A stretch of 64,000 bases of DNA from Bdellovibrionales bacterium (GTDB lineage: Bacteria > Bdellovibrionota > Bdellovibrionia > Bdellovibrionales > UBA1609): positions 672,001 through 736,000 of the forward strand of contig CBDHDF010000011.1 in the NCBI GenBank assembly GCA_965261545.1. The letters run 5' to 3'. Made by a program: the position numbers and the translations under genes. Of this stretch, positions 10,905 to 21,487 are shown piece by piece. The notes under the pieces were generated by a model that did not search any database, was not told where the DNA came from, and worked only from the letters and a program-made list of their open reading frames with translations. Positions within the stretch are counted from its first letter, which is position 1. Every line of letters begins with the position of its first letter.

Positions 10905-10954
10905 AAGAATTTAAGGAGCTAAAGAAAGCTTCAAAAAGACGAGGTGTAAAGAAA

Positions 10955-11140
10955 GTGGCCAAAGAATTTAAAGTGAAGCAAGTGAGGAGCACTATTGGCA
11001 AAACGAGAAAGCAAAAAGAGGCCATTCGTTGCCTCGGTCTTCGTGGAATTGGCAAGGAAGTTATTGTCAAAGATAATCCAGCCCAAAGGGGGCAAATATT
11101 AAAGGTGCAGCACCTTGTATCTGTAACACCCATTCACTGA
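10955..11140 (+). CDS. rpmD: 50S ribosomal protein L30
   Basis: VKQVRSTIG, LGLRGIG, RGQILKVQHLV. Confidence 0.97.
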   Translation: MAKEFKVKQVRSTIGKTRKQKEAIRCLGLRGIGKEVIVKDNPAQRGQILKVQHLVSVTPIH

Positions 11141-11185
11141 ATGGGTTGAATGGATGATTTATGATTGAATTGATGGAGGATAAAG

Positions 11186-11632
11186 ATGAGTTTATTAAGT
11201 GAGCTAAAGTCCCAAAAGGGTTCCACTCACTCCAAGCGTCGAGTGGGTCGAGGTCCAGCCTCAGGTTGGGGTGGGACATCAGGCAAAGGGCATAAAGGTC
11301 AGAAGGCGAGAGCGGGTGCACCTATTCGTCGTGGATTTGAAGGTGGACAAACTCCCTTACATATTCGCTTGCCCAAGTTTGGTTTTACTAACAATCGCTT
11401 TAGAAAGACCTATGAAATTGTCAACCTAGAGCAGTTAAGCCAACTGGATGTTGGTGGAGAGATCACTCCTGAAGTTTTAAAGGAAAAGGGTTTGATTCAT
11501 CATACATCAGCTATTAAAATACTGGGGCGTGGAGAAGTAACAAAGCCTCTGCATATCAAGGCTCACAAGTGGAGCCAGTCAGCTCAAAGAGCTATTGAAG
11601 CTGCTGGTGGAAAGGTTGAGGCTGTTCAGTGA
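11186..11632 (+). CDS. rplO: 50S ribosomal protein L15
   Basis: RVGRGPASGWGGTSGKGHKGQKAR, GFEGGQTPL..RLPKFGF. Confidence 0.99.
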   Translation: MSLLSELKSQKGSTHSKRRVGRGPASGWGGTSGKGHKGQKARAGAPIRRGFEGGQTPLHIRLPKFGFTNNRFRKTYEIVNLEQLSQLDVGGEITPEVLKEKGLIHHTSAIKILGRGEVTKPLHIKAHKWSQSAQRAIEAAGGKVEAVQ

Positions 11633-12948
11633 GTGTATCTGAGAACCTTACCGTTCCTCGCGAGCTACAAAAGAGGATATTGTTTACCTTGGCGATGTTG
11701 GCTATTTATCGCATGGGTATTGCTGTGCCCACTCCTGGTGTGGATGCTGAAGCTATGATGGCTTTTTCTAAGTCTCAAGGAGCGGGGCTATTTGGTATTT
11801 TCAACACTTTTACAGGAGGTGCTCTTGAGCGGTTCAGTGTCTTTGCCCTTGGAATTATGCCTTACATTTCAGCCTCCATTATTTTTCAGCTCTTGCAATC
11901 AGCCGTTCCAAGCCTTCAAGCTTTAAAAAAAGAGGGAGAGCAAGGAAGAAAGAAAATTAGCCAATACACCCGTTATGCCACAGTTCTTTTGGCGGCGGTT
12001 CAGGGCTATGCCATGGCCAGTTTACTCATCAAAACCAGTCAAGCGGGTCAGCCCATTGTCTCCCACCCTATGTTTGGTTTTGTGCCTTTTGAAGTGTTAA
12101 CCGTTGTGACTTTGACGGCGGGAACCTGTTTCATCATGTGGTTGGGGGAGCAGATCACAGAAAGGGGAGTGGGCAATGGGGCGAGCCTTATTATTTTCGC
12201 AGGTATTGCTTCAAGCATTCCCAGTGGGGCGACAGCTCTTTTTCAGAGTGTGTCCAATGGTCATGTGAGTGGGGTTTTAGCTCTTGTTATCATTGCGGGC
12301 TGTCTTTTATCTGTGGCTGGCATCGTGTTTATGGAGGTGGCTCAGCGCCGGATTCCCATTCAATACTCTCAAAAGGGAACTGGTCGTCAAGCTATGCAGC
12401 AGAAAGTAAGTCATTTGCCTTTAAAAATTAATTTTGCCAATGTTATTCCTCCTATTTTTGCCAGCAGCTTATTGGCATTTCCCGCAACAATGGTCAGCTT
12501 TTTTGATACTCCTTGGCTCAATCAAATGGCCAACCAGTTTACTCCCACAGGGGCTATCTACAATGTTGTTTTTATTGTTTTGGTTGTGTTTTTCTGTTTC
12601 TTTTATACAGAAATTGTTTTTAACCCCATGGAGGTGGCAGACAATTTAAAAAAATATGGAGGTTTTATTCCCGGTATTCGCGCTGGAAAAAGCACGGCTG
12701 AGTATATTAAGAGAGTGCTGGACCGTCTTACTGTGACGGGATCTATTTATTTGAGTTTTATTTGTATTGCTCCCACCTTGCTGGTGAGCAAGCTCAGTCT
12801 CCCCTTTGGCTTTAGTGGTACAAGTCTTTTAATCCTTGTGGGAGTGGCTTTGGATACGAGCCAACAGATTCAATCTCACATGTTAACCGCTAAATACGAT
12901 GGGGTCATGAAGGGTGTAAAAATGAAGCGACGGAGGGTTAGTTATTGA
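11629..12948 (+). CDS. secY: Preprotein translocase subunit SecY
   Basis: FALGIMPYISASII, MWLGEQITERGVGNG, NLKKYGGFIPGIRAG, GTSLLILVGV. Confidence 0.99.
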   Translation: MSVSENLTVPRELQKRILFTLAMLAIYRMGIAVPTPGVDAEAMMAFSKSQGAGLFGIFNTFTGGALERFSVFALGIMPYISASIIFQLLQSAVPSLQALKKEGEQGRKKISQYTRYATVLLAAVQGYAMASLLIKTSQAGQPIVSHPMFGFVPFEVLTVVTLTAGTCFIMWLGEQITERGVGNGASLIIFAGIASSIPSGATALFQSVSNGHVSGVLALVIIAGCLLSVAGIVFMEVAQRRIPIQYSQKGTGRQAMQQKVSHLPLKINFANVIPPIFASSLLAFPATMVSFFDTPWLNQMANQFTPTGAIYNVVFIVLVVFFCFFYTEIVFNPMEVADNLKKYGGFIPGIRAGKSTAEYIKRVLDRLTVTGSIYLSFICIAPTLLVSKLSLPFGFSGTSLLILVGVALDTSQQIQSHMLTAKYDGVMKGVKMKRRRVSY

Positions 12949-13589
12949 TGAATATACTCTTATTTGGTCCTCCCGGTGCAGGTAAGGGGACTCAGTCCAC
13001 TTTGTTTGTTCAAAGATATGGAGTCAAGCATATTAGCACAGGGATGTTGTTTAGGCAGGCCATTGATTCAAAGACTTCACTGGGTCTCAGGGCCCAAGGC
13101 TATATGCGTCAAGGTGATCTTGTCCCCGACGCCATTGTCATTGATATGCTCAAGGATGCCTTGTACTCTCTCAAGGGACAGAGTTTTGTTTTGGATGGTT
13201 TTCCAAGAACGGTGGTGCAGGCTAAGTCCCTGGAGCAGCAGCTTCTCAACCTTGACTTGGATTTGGGAAGGGCTATTTTTTTGGATGTCCCTGAGGGTTT
13301 TCTAATGCGTCGTATTCTTGGTCGCCGTATTTGTCGAGATTGTGGTTTCAATTATCATATAGAGTCTTTTCCTCCCAAAAAAGAAGGCCAATGTGACCAC
13401 TGTGGGGGAGAGGTGACTCAGAGGGCTGATGACTGTGAAAGTGCTATTAGAAAAAGGCTTGAGATTTACAGGGAGTCCACAACGCCACTCATGAAGTATT
13501 TTGAAGAAAAGGAGAAGTTAGTATCTTTGGATGGAACGGGTTCAGCGGAAGATGTTTTTGGGCGAATTGTGAATGAGTTGAAAATGTAG
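12948..13589 (+). CDS. adk: Adenylate kinase (Zn-binding LID)
   Basis: GPPGAGKGTQ, LDGFPRT, CRDC...CDHC, QRADD. Confidence 0.98.
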   Translation: MNILLFGPPGAGKGTQSTLFVQRYGVKHISTGMLFRQAIDSKTSLGLRAQGYMRQGDLVPDAIVIDMLKDALYSLKGQSFVLDGFPRTVVQAKSLEQQLLNLDLDLGRAIFLDVPEGFLMRRILGRRICRDCGFNYHIESFPPKKEGQCDHCGGEVTQRADDCESAIRKRLEIYRESTTPLMKYFEEKEKLVSLDGTGSAEDVFGRIVNELKM

Positions 13590-13759
13590 TTGGAAGAACT
13601 TCAGAGCAGGGTTATGCTGGACAGGCCATATAAGACATGTTACAAGGCTTGCTAACTGTGCTCCTAGTATTTATTTATTGTCATGTTGATGGCTGCCCAT
13701 GTTATGGTATTCCATACTTATTGGCTCCATTTTTATTTGGCTTTACTGAGAGGTGTGTT

Positions 13760-13873
13760 GTGAAAGTTAGGGCTTCTGTCAAAGTGATGTGTCCAAAGTG
13801 TAAGGTGATTAAAAGGCGAGGTGTGATTCGTGTTATTTGTGAAAACCCCAAGCATAAACAAAGGCAAGGTTAG
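13760..13873 (+). CDS. rpmJ: 50S ribosomal protein L36 (Zn-ribbon form)
   Basis: GTG start gives the 37-aa [37 protein letters not shown]. Confidence 0.98.
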   Translation: MKVRASVKVMCPKCKVIKRRGVIRVICENPKHKQRQG

Positions 13874-13875
13874 AT

Positions 13876-14250
13876 ATGGCGCGTATTGGTGGTGTGGATT
13901 TACCTCGTAAGAAGAGGTTAGAGGTTGCATTGACTTATGTTTTTGGCATAGGTAGGGCGCGTGCTAAAGAAATTTGTAAGCTCACAGGTTTAGGAGATAA
14001 GATTCGTGCAGATGAACTCACGGAAGATCAAGTTGTCCAGCTTCGTTCGGTGATTGAAAGCAACTACAAAGTTGAAGGTGATTTAAGGCGTGATGTGGGG
14101 CTGTCTATAAAACGTCTCATGGACCTAGGGTGTTACAGAGGCATAAGACATCGAAGGGGACTCCCTGTCCGGGGGCAAAGCACCCGTCAGAATGCTCGCA
14201 CCCGTAAGGGTCCTAAGAAGACGGTGGCAAATAAGAAAAAGGCTGTTTAA
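13876..14250 (+). CDS. rpsM: 30S ribosomal protein S13
   Basis: [37 protein letters not shown]. Confidence 0.99.
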   Translation: MARIGGVDLPRKKRLEVALTYVFGIGRARAKEICKLTGLGDKIRADELTEDQVVQLRSVIESNYKVEGDLRRDVGLSIKRLMDLGCYRGIRHRRGLPVRGQSTRQNARTRKGPKKTVANKKKAV

Positions 14251-14378
14251 AGTTTAAATGACATAAAAACTTAGAAGTCTTTTTTTAAAGGATTTGTTAG
14301 AAATTATTAGAGATTATTCGAAATCGTTGAGAATTATATCATTGGGAATTATTAAGAATCTATTAGGAATCTAAAGGT

Positions 14379-14765
14379 ATGGCAGTTCGAAAGAGTGTTA
14401 AGAAAAAAGTAAAAAAAAATGTTTCTTCCGGTCGGTGTTATGTTGAAGCTGGTTTTGGAAACACCATTGTCTCCATAACAGATGGTGGAGGCAATGTTCT
14501 GTGTTGGTCATCAGCGGGGGCCTTGGGTTTTAAGGGAAGCCGCAAGGAAACTCCCTTTGCAGCACAAATGGCAGCTGAGGATGCGGCTAAGAAGGCTTTG
14601 GGTTTTGGTATGAAGTCAGTGGAATTATTTTTGACAGGCCCAGGGGCCGGACGTGAGCCAGCAGTTCGAGCTATTTCCAATGCAGGTATTCGTGTGGTGT
14701 CTTTAAGAGACGTGACCCCTGTTCCCCATAATGGTTGTCGCCCCCCTAAGAGACGTCGAGTTTAG
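14379..14765 (+). CDS. rpsK: 30S ribosomal protein S11
   Basis: [32 protein letters not shown]. Confidence 0.99.
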   Translation: MAVRKSVKKKVKKNVSSGRCYVEAGFGNTIVSITDGGGNVLCWSSAGALGFKGSRKETPFAAQMAAEDAAKKALGFGMKSVELFLTGPGAGREPAVRAISNAGIRVVSLRDVTPVPHNGCRPPKRRRV

Positions 14766-14818
14766 TTTAGAATCTTATTATTTATTTATTCATTCATTCA
14801 TTATTTTGGAGGAACCCC

Positions 14819-15955
14819 ATGCAGCAGCATTATTACAAATTTTGGCACGATCTTATTCGTCCGAAAAGTTTTGAAGTTGATACAGACAATCTTACGGATC
14901 AATACGGTAAGTTCTCGGTTCGTCCTCTTGAGAGGGGCTATGGTGTGACACTGGGAAATTCCCTTCGTCGAATTCTTTTGAGTTCAATGATGGGATCAGC
15001 TGTTTCAGCAGTGAAATTTGAGGGAGTGCTCCATGAGTTTAGCACGATCTCTGAGGTTCTTGAGGATGTCTCAGATATTGTTTTAAACTTAAAAGAGGTT
15101 CGCTTTAAGCAATATGACTCTGAGCCTAAAAATCTATTCATTAGAAAAAAGGGGCCTGGGGTTGTGACCGCAGCAGATATTCAAGTCAACGACCAAATCG
15201 AGGTGCTTAATCCCAGTCAGCATATTGCAACTTTGGGTAAAAAGGCGAATTTTGAGGCTGAGATCGTTGTGAGTTTTAAGCGTGGATATGTGGAGGCCAG
15301 TGAGGGGAGTTTTCCCATAGGTTTTGTTGCTATGGATGCTTTTCATAGTCCTGTTCGGCGTGTGAATTACAATATTGCCAATGCCCGTGTGGGTCAGAGA
15401 ACAGACTATGATGCTTTGAGCTTAGAGGTTTGGACAGATGGATCTTTGAAACCTGAAGAAGCTGTTTCTCTCGGTTCCAAAATTCTTAAAGAGCAGCTTC
15501 AGATTTTTGTAACATTTGATGAAAGTCTTGGACCTGAAGAAGTCAAGGAAGTTGCACAAAGCACTCAATTGGATGAAAATCTATTTCGCTCTGTGGATGA
15601 CCTTGAACTCTCTGTGCGTAGTGCCAACTGCCTCAAGAATGCCAATATTCGCTATATTGGTGAGTTGGTTTGTCGTTCAGAAGCTGAGATGTTAAAAACA
15701 AAGAACTTTGGTCGTAAGTCCCTCAATGAAATCAAAGAGATTCTTGTGACCATTGGACTGGATTTAGGAATGGCTATTGAAGGGTGGCCTCCCCCTGGAT
15801 GGGATCCAAATACAGTGAAGCCGCCGGCTTCCTCTCCCCTCGGTGGGGGGGGGGCGACAGTGATGGTATCCATGGGAGAAGTTTCTAACACAACATCAGA
15901 AACCTCCTCAGTGGGTGATAGCGGTAGCTTTGGAGCCACTCAAGATGGGAGATAG
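14819..15955 (+). CDS. rpoA: RNA polymerase alpha subunit (C-terminal low-complexity tail)
   Basis: [54 protein letters not shown]. Confidence 0.99.
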   Translation: MQQHYYKFWHDLIRPKSFEVDTDNLTDQYGKFSVRPLERGYGVTLGNSLRRILLSSMMGSAVSAVKFEGVLHEFSTISEVLEDVSDIVLNLKEVRFKQYDSEPKNLFIRKKGPGVVTAADIQVNDQIEVLNPSQHIATLGKKANFEAEIVVSFKRGYVEASEGSFPIGFVAMDAFHSPVRRVNYNIANARVGQRTDYDALSLEVWTDGSLKPEEAVSLGSKILKEQLQIFVTFDESLGPEEVKEVAQSTQLDENLFRSVDDLELSVRSANCLKNANIRYIGELVCRSEAEMLKTKNFGRKSLNEIKEILVTIGLDLGMAIEGWPPPGWDPNTVKPPASSPLGGGGATVMVSMGEVSNTTSETSSVGDSGSFGATQDGR

Positions 15956-15961
15956 ACGGGA

Positions 15962-16468
15962 ATGAGACATCGTGTCAATAACCAAGGTTTTGGGCGTAAG
16001 CCTGGCCCCAAGAAGGCCCTTGTTAGAGGGCTTGTCAGTTCGCTTGTGGAGCATGAGCGTATACGGACGACACTCACCAAGGCTAAGTATATTCGCCCTT
16101 TGGTGGAGAAGGCCATTACACTTGGTCAAAGGGAAAACAGTCTTCATGCGCGTCGCTTGCTTTTGTCCAAGTATCCAAATAAAGATACTGTTCACCGCAT
16201 TATGACGGATATTGCCCCCCGATTTCGAAATCGTCCAGGTGGCTACACTCGTATCATCAAGCTGGGGCCTCGTCCAGGAGATATGGCCGATATGGCCTAT
16301 ATTGAGTTTGTGGATTACGCTTTGCCTCCTTTGAAAGACGAGGAAACGGTGGATCCTGAAGAGGAAAAACAAAAAACTCAGTTGATGAAACTTTTGGCTT
16401 CCCGTAAGGAAGCTCACAAAAAGTCCCGCCGTCAAATACAAAGTAAATCTCGACGCATCAATAGGTAG
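15962..16468 (+). CDS. rplQ: 50S ribosomal protein L17 (C-terminal extension)
   Basis: MRHR, ERIRTTLTKAK, RPGGYTRIIKLG.RPGD. Confidence 0.98.
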   Translation: MRHRVNNQGFGRKPGPKKALVRGLVSSLVEHERIRTTLTKAKYIRPLVEKAITLGQRENSLHARRLLLSKYPNKDTVHRIMTDIAPRFRNRPGGYTRIIKLGPRPGDMADMAYIEFVDYALPPLKDEETVDPEEEKQKTQLMKLLASRKEAHKKSRRQIQSKSRRINR

Positions 16469-16733
16469 TTTTCATCGTATTTCTTTGTATCTGCCTATTT
16501 TTTGTTATCATCTCAAACAAGTCTCATATAAAGCCACTGAGGGAACTTATCTATAGATTTTAGGTGGTTAAACTCCCTCTATGAATGTCTAAAGGGATCA
16601 TTATGTAAAAAAAATGTCTATTTTGTGAATTTTTACTAAACATTGTCAAATTATTGGCGATAAATAAATTATCATCACTTTATATGAACTTTTTTTTAAT
16701 GATGAAGGTGTGTGAAAGTAAAAGGAGTGCATT

Positions 16734-18314
16734 ATGATTAATTGGGATGAGTTTGAACATATACATGTCATTCAAAAGTTGAAACATATTTTAAGCTCTT
16801 GGTGGAATGTGGATTTGGTTTTTACCGATGAATATGGTCAAATACGGGGGACCAATTTGCAGGATCAAAGTCAGATGCGTGGAATGAAAATTCAGGAGTC
16901 TGACTTAAGTAACCCCGCCATTCGATATTTTCTGGCCAAGGAAAATGTGCGAAAGAGTCTGGCAGAAGCTATATCCCAATCTATTGATGATTTGAAAGTA
17001 TCAGGAAATCGCTACATTGTTCGCAAGTGGGACACTTCTGGATTTGACATTGTTGTCGTTCCCATTTTGATTGACAATGATTTTATGGGTTCTGTGGTGG
17101 CCTTAGGTTTTCTCAAAGAAGAGGGTCCATCCCGACTGCAAGAGATTCAAGAGCGTCTTGCCTTATTGGGGGCAAGTCCTGATGTGATTGAGAAGTCCCT
17201 TTTAAAGATTAACTATATTAATGACCAAGATCGACAACATTTTCTAGAACTCATTGAGCTTGTGGCTCAAGAGGTTGTGGTGTTGCATCTGGAAATTACG
17301 GCGCGCGAAGATCGTATTAAGGAGCTCAATAAGGAACTTGGAAGTCGCTACAAATACGACAATATGATTGGTAAGTCTAAGCCCATGCAAACTCTCTACT
17401 CACTACTTGATAAAATTAAAGGGGCTGAGAGTACGGTGCTTATTCAAGGTGATAATGGAACAGGTAAAGAACTTATCGCCAAGGCCATTCACTACAACTC
17501 TTCTAGAAAAGATAAGCAAATTGTGATTCAAAACTGCTCGGCTTTTAATGATAACTTGTTGGAGTCCGAGCTTTTCGGTCACGTTAAAGGGTCTTTTACT
17601 GGAGCCGTGAGAGATAAAAAGGGCTTATTTGAAATTGCCAACAATAGTACATTTTTCTTAGATGAGATTGGGGACACTTCGCCGATCATGCAAGTGAAGC
17701 TTCTGAGGGTTTTGCAGGAGGGAACTTTTACACCTGTGGGTGGTCTTGAAATGAGAAAAGTCAATGTTCGTATCATTGTGGCGACAAATAAGAATCTTCG
17801 AGAAATGGTGAAAGTGGGAAGTTTTCGTGAAGATTTGTACTATCGACTCAATGTTATCAATATCTATGTCCCCTCTCTCAAAGAGAGAAAAGAGGACATT
17901 CCCCTACTGGCTGAGTATTTTCTTAACGCGGCCCAAGAGGGAGAAGAGAAGAAGGTTCTTACAAAAAGAGCTTTGGAGAAACTCTATGACTATGCTTGGC
18001 CAGGCAATGTGCGTGAGTTGCAAAATGAAATGGAGCGCCTGTTGGTTCTTTCTGGTGCTGAGAATAAGATTACAGCAGATATGCTTTCACCTAAGATATT
18101 GGATTCCACCGAAGATGCTAAAATTCAGGGGTCTCGGACTCATGGAAGATTGAAGGATGCCTTGGAAGAGCTAGAGCGAGAAATGATTCAAGAAGGCTTG
18201 AGAAGAACGGGGTGGAACAAGTCGAAGTTGGCCAAAGAGCTGGGGATTAGCCGAGCGGGTCTTATCATGAAGGTTGAAAAATACGATTTGGACAAGCGTA
18301 AACTCATTAAATAA
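16734..18314 (+). CDS. Sigma54-dependent transcriptional activator (N-terminal PocR/GAF-like sensor, AAA+, Fis HTH)
   Basis: Walker A GDNGTGKE, ESELFGHVKGSFTGA (GAFTGA variant), FLDEIG, FREDLYYRLNV, WPGNVRELQN, HTH NKSKLAKELGISR; AAGGAG RBS. Confidence 0.93.
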   Translation: MINWDEFEHIHVIQKLKHILSSWWNVDLVFTDEYGQIRGTNLQDQSQMRGMKIQESDLSNPAIRYFLAKENVRKSLAEAISQSIDDLKVSGNRYIVRKWDTSGFDIVVVPILIDNDFMGSVVALGFLKEEGPSRLQEIQERLALLGASPDVIEKSLLKINYINDQDRQHFLELIELVAQEVVVLHLEITAREDRIKELNKELGSRYKYDNMIGKSKPMQTLYSLLDKIKGAESTVLIQGDNGTGKELIAKAIHYNSSRKDKQIVIQNCSAFNDNLLESELFGHVKGSFTGAVRDKKGLFEIANNSTFFLDEIGDTSPIMQVKLLRVLQEGTFTPVGGLEMRKVNVRIIVATNKNLREMVKVGSFREDLYYRLNVINIYVPSLKERKEDIPLLAEYFLNAAQEGEEKKVLTKRALEKLYDYAWPGNVRELQNEMERLLVLSGAENKITADMLSPKILDSTEDAKIQGSRTHGRLKDALEELEREMIQEGLRRTGWNKSKLAKELGISRAGLIMKVEKYDLDKRKLIK

Positions 18315-18355
18315 AATGGTGTTGTTTCAGAGGTCAATCCAGCTGATAGGCCGTT

Positions 18356-21307
18356 TTATTCTTTATTTAGTGGATACTTTCTGGCGACCACATCTTTGGC
18401 CACTTGAAAGGCAGAGGCAAGATGGTCTCTTTGTGAAGCCACACCTTGGGCTGAATCGAGGCGCCCCCCTCCCTTGCCCTTCATGGGAGAGACAATTTTT
18501 TGCAATAATTTGCCTGCGGGAATAGATTTGGCCCAGTCTTTGGTGACACTCACAAGGACGGGGTGCTGCCCCTTTTGGCTTTGTTCACCACTGCCATGGA
18601 CCTGCTGGTCTGAACCAACGATAACGACGACTCCCGATTTTATTTTAGAGCGAAGTTGGTCGCCAATGTCCCTAAGGAGGGCTCGGTCTTCCATATCGAT
18701 GTCCACCAGGACAAGTTTCCCTTCCACCCCATTATGGGCAAAGGGGTAAGCGCTTTTGATGAGGGAGTTTATATCAATAGATTGGCTTTTCAATTCTTTG
18801 ATAGTTTTTTGAAGTTTTTTAATTTCATTTTGTTTTTTGTGAACCCAATCCATAATGGTGCTGGTGCTGGTGCTGGTGCTGGTGCTGGTGCTGGTACAAT
18901 CATGGGTGTCACAGGTGTTGGCACTGGCATGGGTATGGTGTGAATCTTCAAAGCTTTGCCATTTTGTTGGGAGGTGGAGGTGTTCGCGAATCCGCAGGTT
19001 TTCCTCGGTATGTTTGAATAAATAATGGGCAGCTTCATCTCCTGTGATAGCTTCCACTCGTCGGACCCCAGCGCTAATACCAACCTCACTGACAATTTTA
19101 AATAGGCGAATCATCCCCGTATTGGAAACATGGGTTCCTCCGCAAAGTTCTATGGAAAAATCACCCATTTGCACCACTCGAACTTTTTCTCCGTATTTTT
19201 CACCAAACAAGGCCAAAGCTCCTGCGGAGCGAGCCATTTCGGGGGTCATAATTTGTGTTTGAACATCGGTGGTTCTAGAAATAGCTTCATTGACCTGCTT
19301 TTCCACCTGGGAGATATCTTTCATGGAGAGGGGTTGGTTATGGGTGAAGTCAAAACGAAGTCGCTGGGTCTCCACAAGGGACCCCGCTTGCCGAACATGG
19401 TGTCCAAGGACTTGGCGTAGGGCGGAGTGCATTAAGTGTGTGGCTGAGTGATTTCTGGTGGTGCTTCGACGCTTTAACTCTATGACATGTAGCGTGGCCT
19501 GGACTCCCACTTTGATTTCGCCCTTAAGAACTTGGAGGTGATGAAAGAAGATATCATTTTCTTGGGTGCAGTCTATGACCTCAGCCATGCCGCCATCCCT
19601 ACCATCGTTGACCTTAGCCATGCCATTATCGTTGGGAAAAAAAATAGTGCCTGAATCTCCCACTTGTCCGCCCCCTTCGGCGTAAAAACTTGATCCATTG
19701 AAAATGGCAAATCCGCTTTCTCCTGGGGAGAGAGATTCGACGGTTTCGGTTCCATTGGAAAGCAAAAGTAGTTTTTCGGAGTGCTGAATTTGGGTGTGTC
19801 CCACAAATTCTGTGGGTCCAAATTCTTGCCTGATCTGTTGTGCTATTTTGATTATATGGGCTCTGTCATTGGGGATACTTTTTGTTTTCCATGAGGTCTT
19901 AGCCTTTTTCTTGGCTTCTTTCATATGTTTTTCAAAGCCTGCTTGGTCTACATCCACACCGTTTTCTTGGGCGATGAGCCGTGTGAGGTCTACGGGAAAG
20001 CCATAAGTGTCGTAGAGTTTAAACACCACCTCACCGCTGAGAATAGGAAACCCCGATTGAGGCAATTTATTTAAAACCTGTTTAAGGAGGTGATTTCCCT
20101 GATCTAGGGTTTTAAGAAATCGCTGCTCTTCATCTTGAACTCTAGAGAGAATAAGATCCCTTTGATCCAAAAGCTCTCCATAGGGGGAACTCATTTCTTG
20201 AATAACAGTCTGAACCACATGGTGAAGGAGGCCATCCTCTTGGGTGAGTTGTCTGCCATATCGAACCGCTCGGCGAATGATTCTGCGAAGAACGTAGCCG
20301 CGCCCTTCGTTGGAGGGCAGAACGCCGTCAGCAATAAGAAAGGCGGAAGCTCTGGCGTGGTCAGCGAGAACTTTGAGGGCAATGTTGGTCTTGTCGCTGG
20401 TGGAGCCTGGAGAGGCATGGAGTTCAAAGTGGGATGAGGATTTATCACAGGCCGCCGAAATGAGCTTTTGAAATAAATCGATGTGGTAGTTGCTCACTTG
20501 ATTTTGGAGCACACAGGCGAGCCTTTCCAGGCCGGCCCCTGTGTCAATAGAAGGGTTGGGCAGGGGGGTTCGTTTGCCATGGGGACCTTCCACAAATTGC
20601 ATAAAAACGAGGTTCCAAATCTCCATGTAACGATCCCCTTCGCCTCCGAGGGTGTTGTTGTCTACTCCTTTTCCTTTCCTCTGTATGCCAGGTATACGAG
20701 CTATGTTTGCTGGTATGCCCGGTATACTGGGTAGGTCCGGTAGGCCCTCATTCACACCATTCATACTTTCACCGAGGTCATAGTAAACCTCAGAGCATGG
20801 ACCACAGGGTCCCACATCTCCCATTCTCCAAAAGTTGTCTTTTTCGCCAAACCTGCGAATGCGATCTTTGGGAATGCCCTCTTGTTTGTGCCAAATATCA
20901 AAGGCTTCATCATCGGATTCAAACACAGTCACCCAAAGTCGATCCTTGGGAAGAGCGAGTGTGTTTGTAAGAAAGTTCCAGGCGTAGTGGATGGCTTCTT
21001 TTTTAAAGTAATCACCAAAGGAAAAATTTCCCAGCATTTCAAAAAATGTATGGTGTCGATCTGTGTACCCCACCTTTTCAAGGTCGTTGTGTTTTCCGCC
21101 GGCCCGTACACATTTTTGGACGGTGACGGCTCTGGGATTTTTTCGTTCTTTTAAACCAAGGAAGGTATTTTTAAACTGGTTCATCCCCGCATTGACGAAA
21201 AGGAGAGTGGGATCATTTTCAGGAATAAGCCGAGAGCTGGGGAGGTGTTCATGCCCCTGTTGTGCAAATGAATTTATAAAGGTTTTTCTGAGTTCATTGA
21301 TCTTCAT
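18356..21307 (-). CDS. alaS: Alanine--tRNA ligase (with low-complexity insertions)
   Basis: DPTLLFVNAGM, HHTFFEMLGNFSFGDYFK, GPCGPCSE, HSATHL, ELCGGTHV, GKGGGR. Confidence 0.99.
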   Translation of the reverse strand: MKINELRKTFINSFAQQGHEHLPSSRLIPENDPTLLFVNAGMNQFKNTFLGLKERKNPRAVTVQKCVRAGGKHNDLEKVGYTDRHHTFFEMLGNFSFGDYFKKEAIHYAWNFLTNTLALPKDRLWVTVFESDDEAFDIWHKQEGIPKDRIRRFGEKDNFWRMGDVGPCGPCSEVYYDLGESMNGVNEGLPDLPSIPGIPANIARIPGIQRKGKGVDNNTLGGEGDRYMEIWNLVFMQFVEGPHGKRTPLPNPSIDTGAGLERLACVLQNQVSNYHIDLFQKLISAACDKSSSHFELHASPGSTSDKTNIALKVLADHARASAFLIADGVLPSNEGRGYVLRRIIRRAVRYGRQLTQEDGLLHHVVQTVIQEMSSPYGELLDQRDLILSRVQDEEQRFLKTLDQGNHLLKQVLNKLPQSGFPILSGEVVFKLYDTYGFPVDLTRLIAQENGVDVDQAGFEKHMKEAKKKAKTSWKTKSIPNDRAHIIKIAQQIRQEFGPTEFVGHTQIQHSEKLLLLSNGTETVESLSPGESGFAIFNGSSFYAEGGGQVGDSGTIFFPNDNGMAKVNDGRDGGMAEVIDCTQENDIFFHHLQVLKGEIKVGVQATLHVIELKRRSTTRNHSATHLMHSALRQVLGHHVRQAGSLVETQRLRFDFTHNQPLSMKDISQVEKQVNEAISRTTDVQTQIMTPEMARSAGALALFGEKYGEKVRVVQMGDFSIELCGGTHVSNTGMIRLFKIVSEVGISAGVRRVEAITGDEAAHYLFKHTEENLRIREHLHLPTKWQSFEDSHHTHASANTCDTHDCTSTSTSTSTSTSTIMDWVHKKQNEIKKLQKTIKELKSQSIDINSLIKSAYPFAHNGVEGKLVLVDIDMEDRALLRDIGDQLRSKIKSGVVVIVGSDQQVHGSGEQSQKGQHPVLVSVTKDWAKSIPAGKLLQKIVSPMKGKGGGRLDSAQGVASQRDHLASAFQVAKDVVARKYPLNKE
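18856..18897. repeat. In-frame hexamer repeat (TGGTGC)x6 plus one variant, inside alaS
   Basis: Encodes TSTSTSTSTSTST in AlaS. Confidence 0.9.
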
Positions 21308-21390
21308 AATATTTTAGGACTTTCTAATCTCACAAATCTCATTGACTTTTTATACCACTGAATTTTCATAGACTACAATTTTCATAGCAC

Positions 21391-21487
21391 CTATGACTAT
21401 GTATGGTCAATGTCATTCGTCTATGAAAAAGTATGGTCAATGTCATTCGTCTCACCAAAGCACCATACAGATCACCAAAGCACCATA
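21391..21487. repeat. Two adjacent tandem duplications (30-bp and 20-bp period) at the menA 3' end
   Basis: gtatggtcaatgtcattcgtct at 21401 and 21431; tcaccaaagcaccata at 21452 and 21472. Confidence 0.85.

Noticed and set aside
13637..13759. N-terminal extension of L36 in the ORF track
   Set aside because: GTG at 13760 with a GAGG RBS gives the canonical 37-aa protein.
2687..16468. Numerous antisense and alternative-frame ORFs over the ribosomal genes
   Set aside because: Shadow ORFs of well-supported genes.
18656..19095. GAGAGA and PAPAPA ORFs
   Set aside because: Alternative frames of the hexamer repeat inside alaS.
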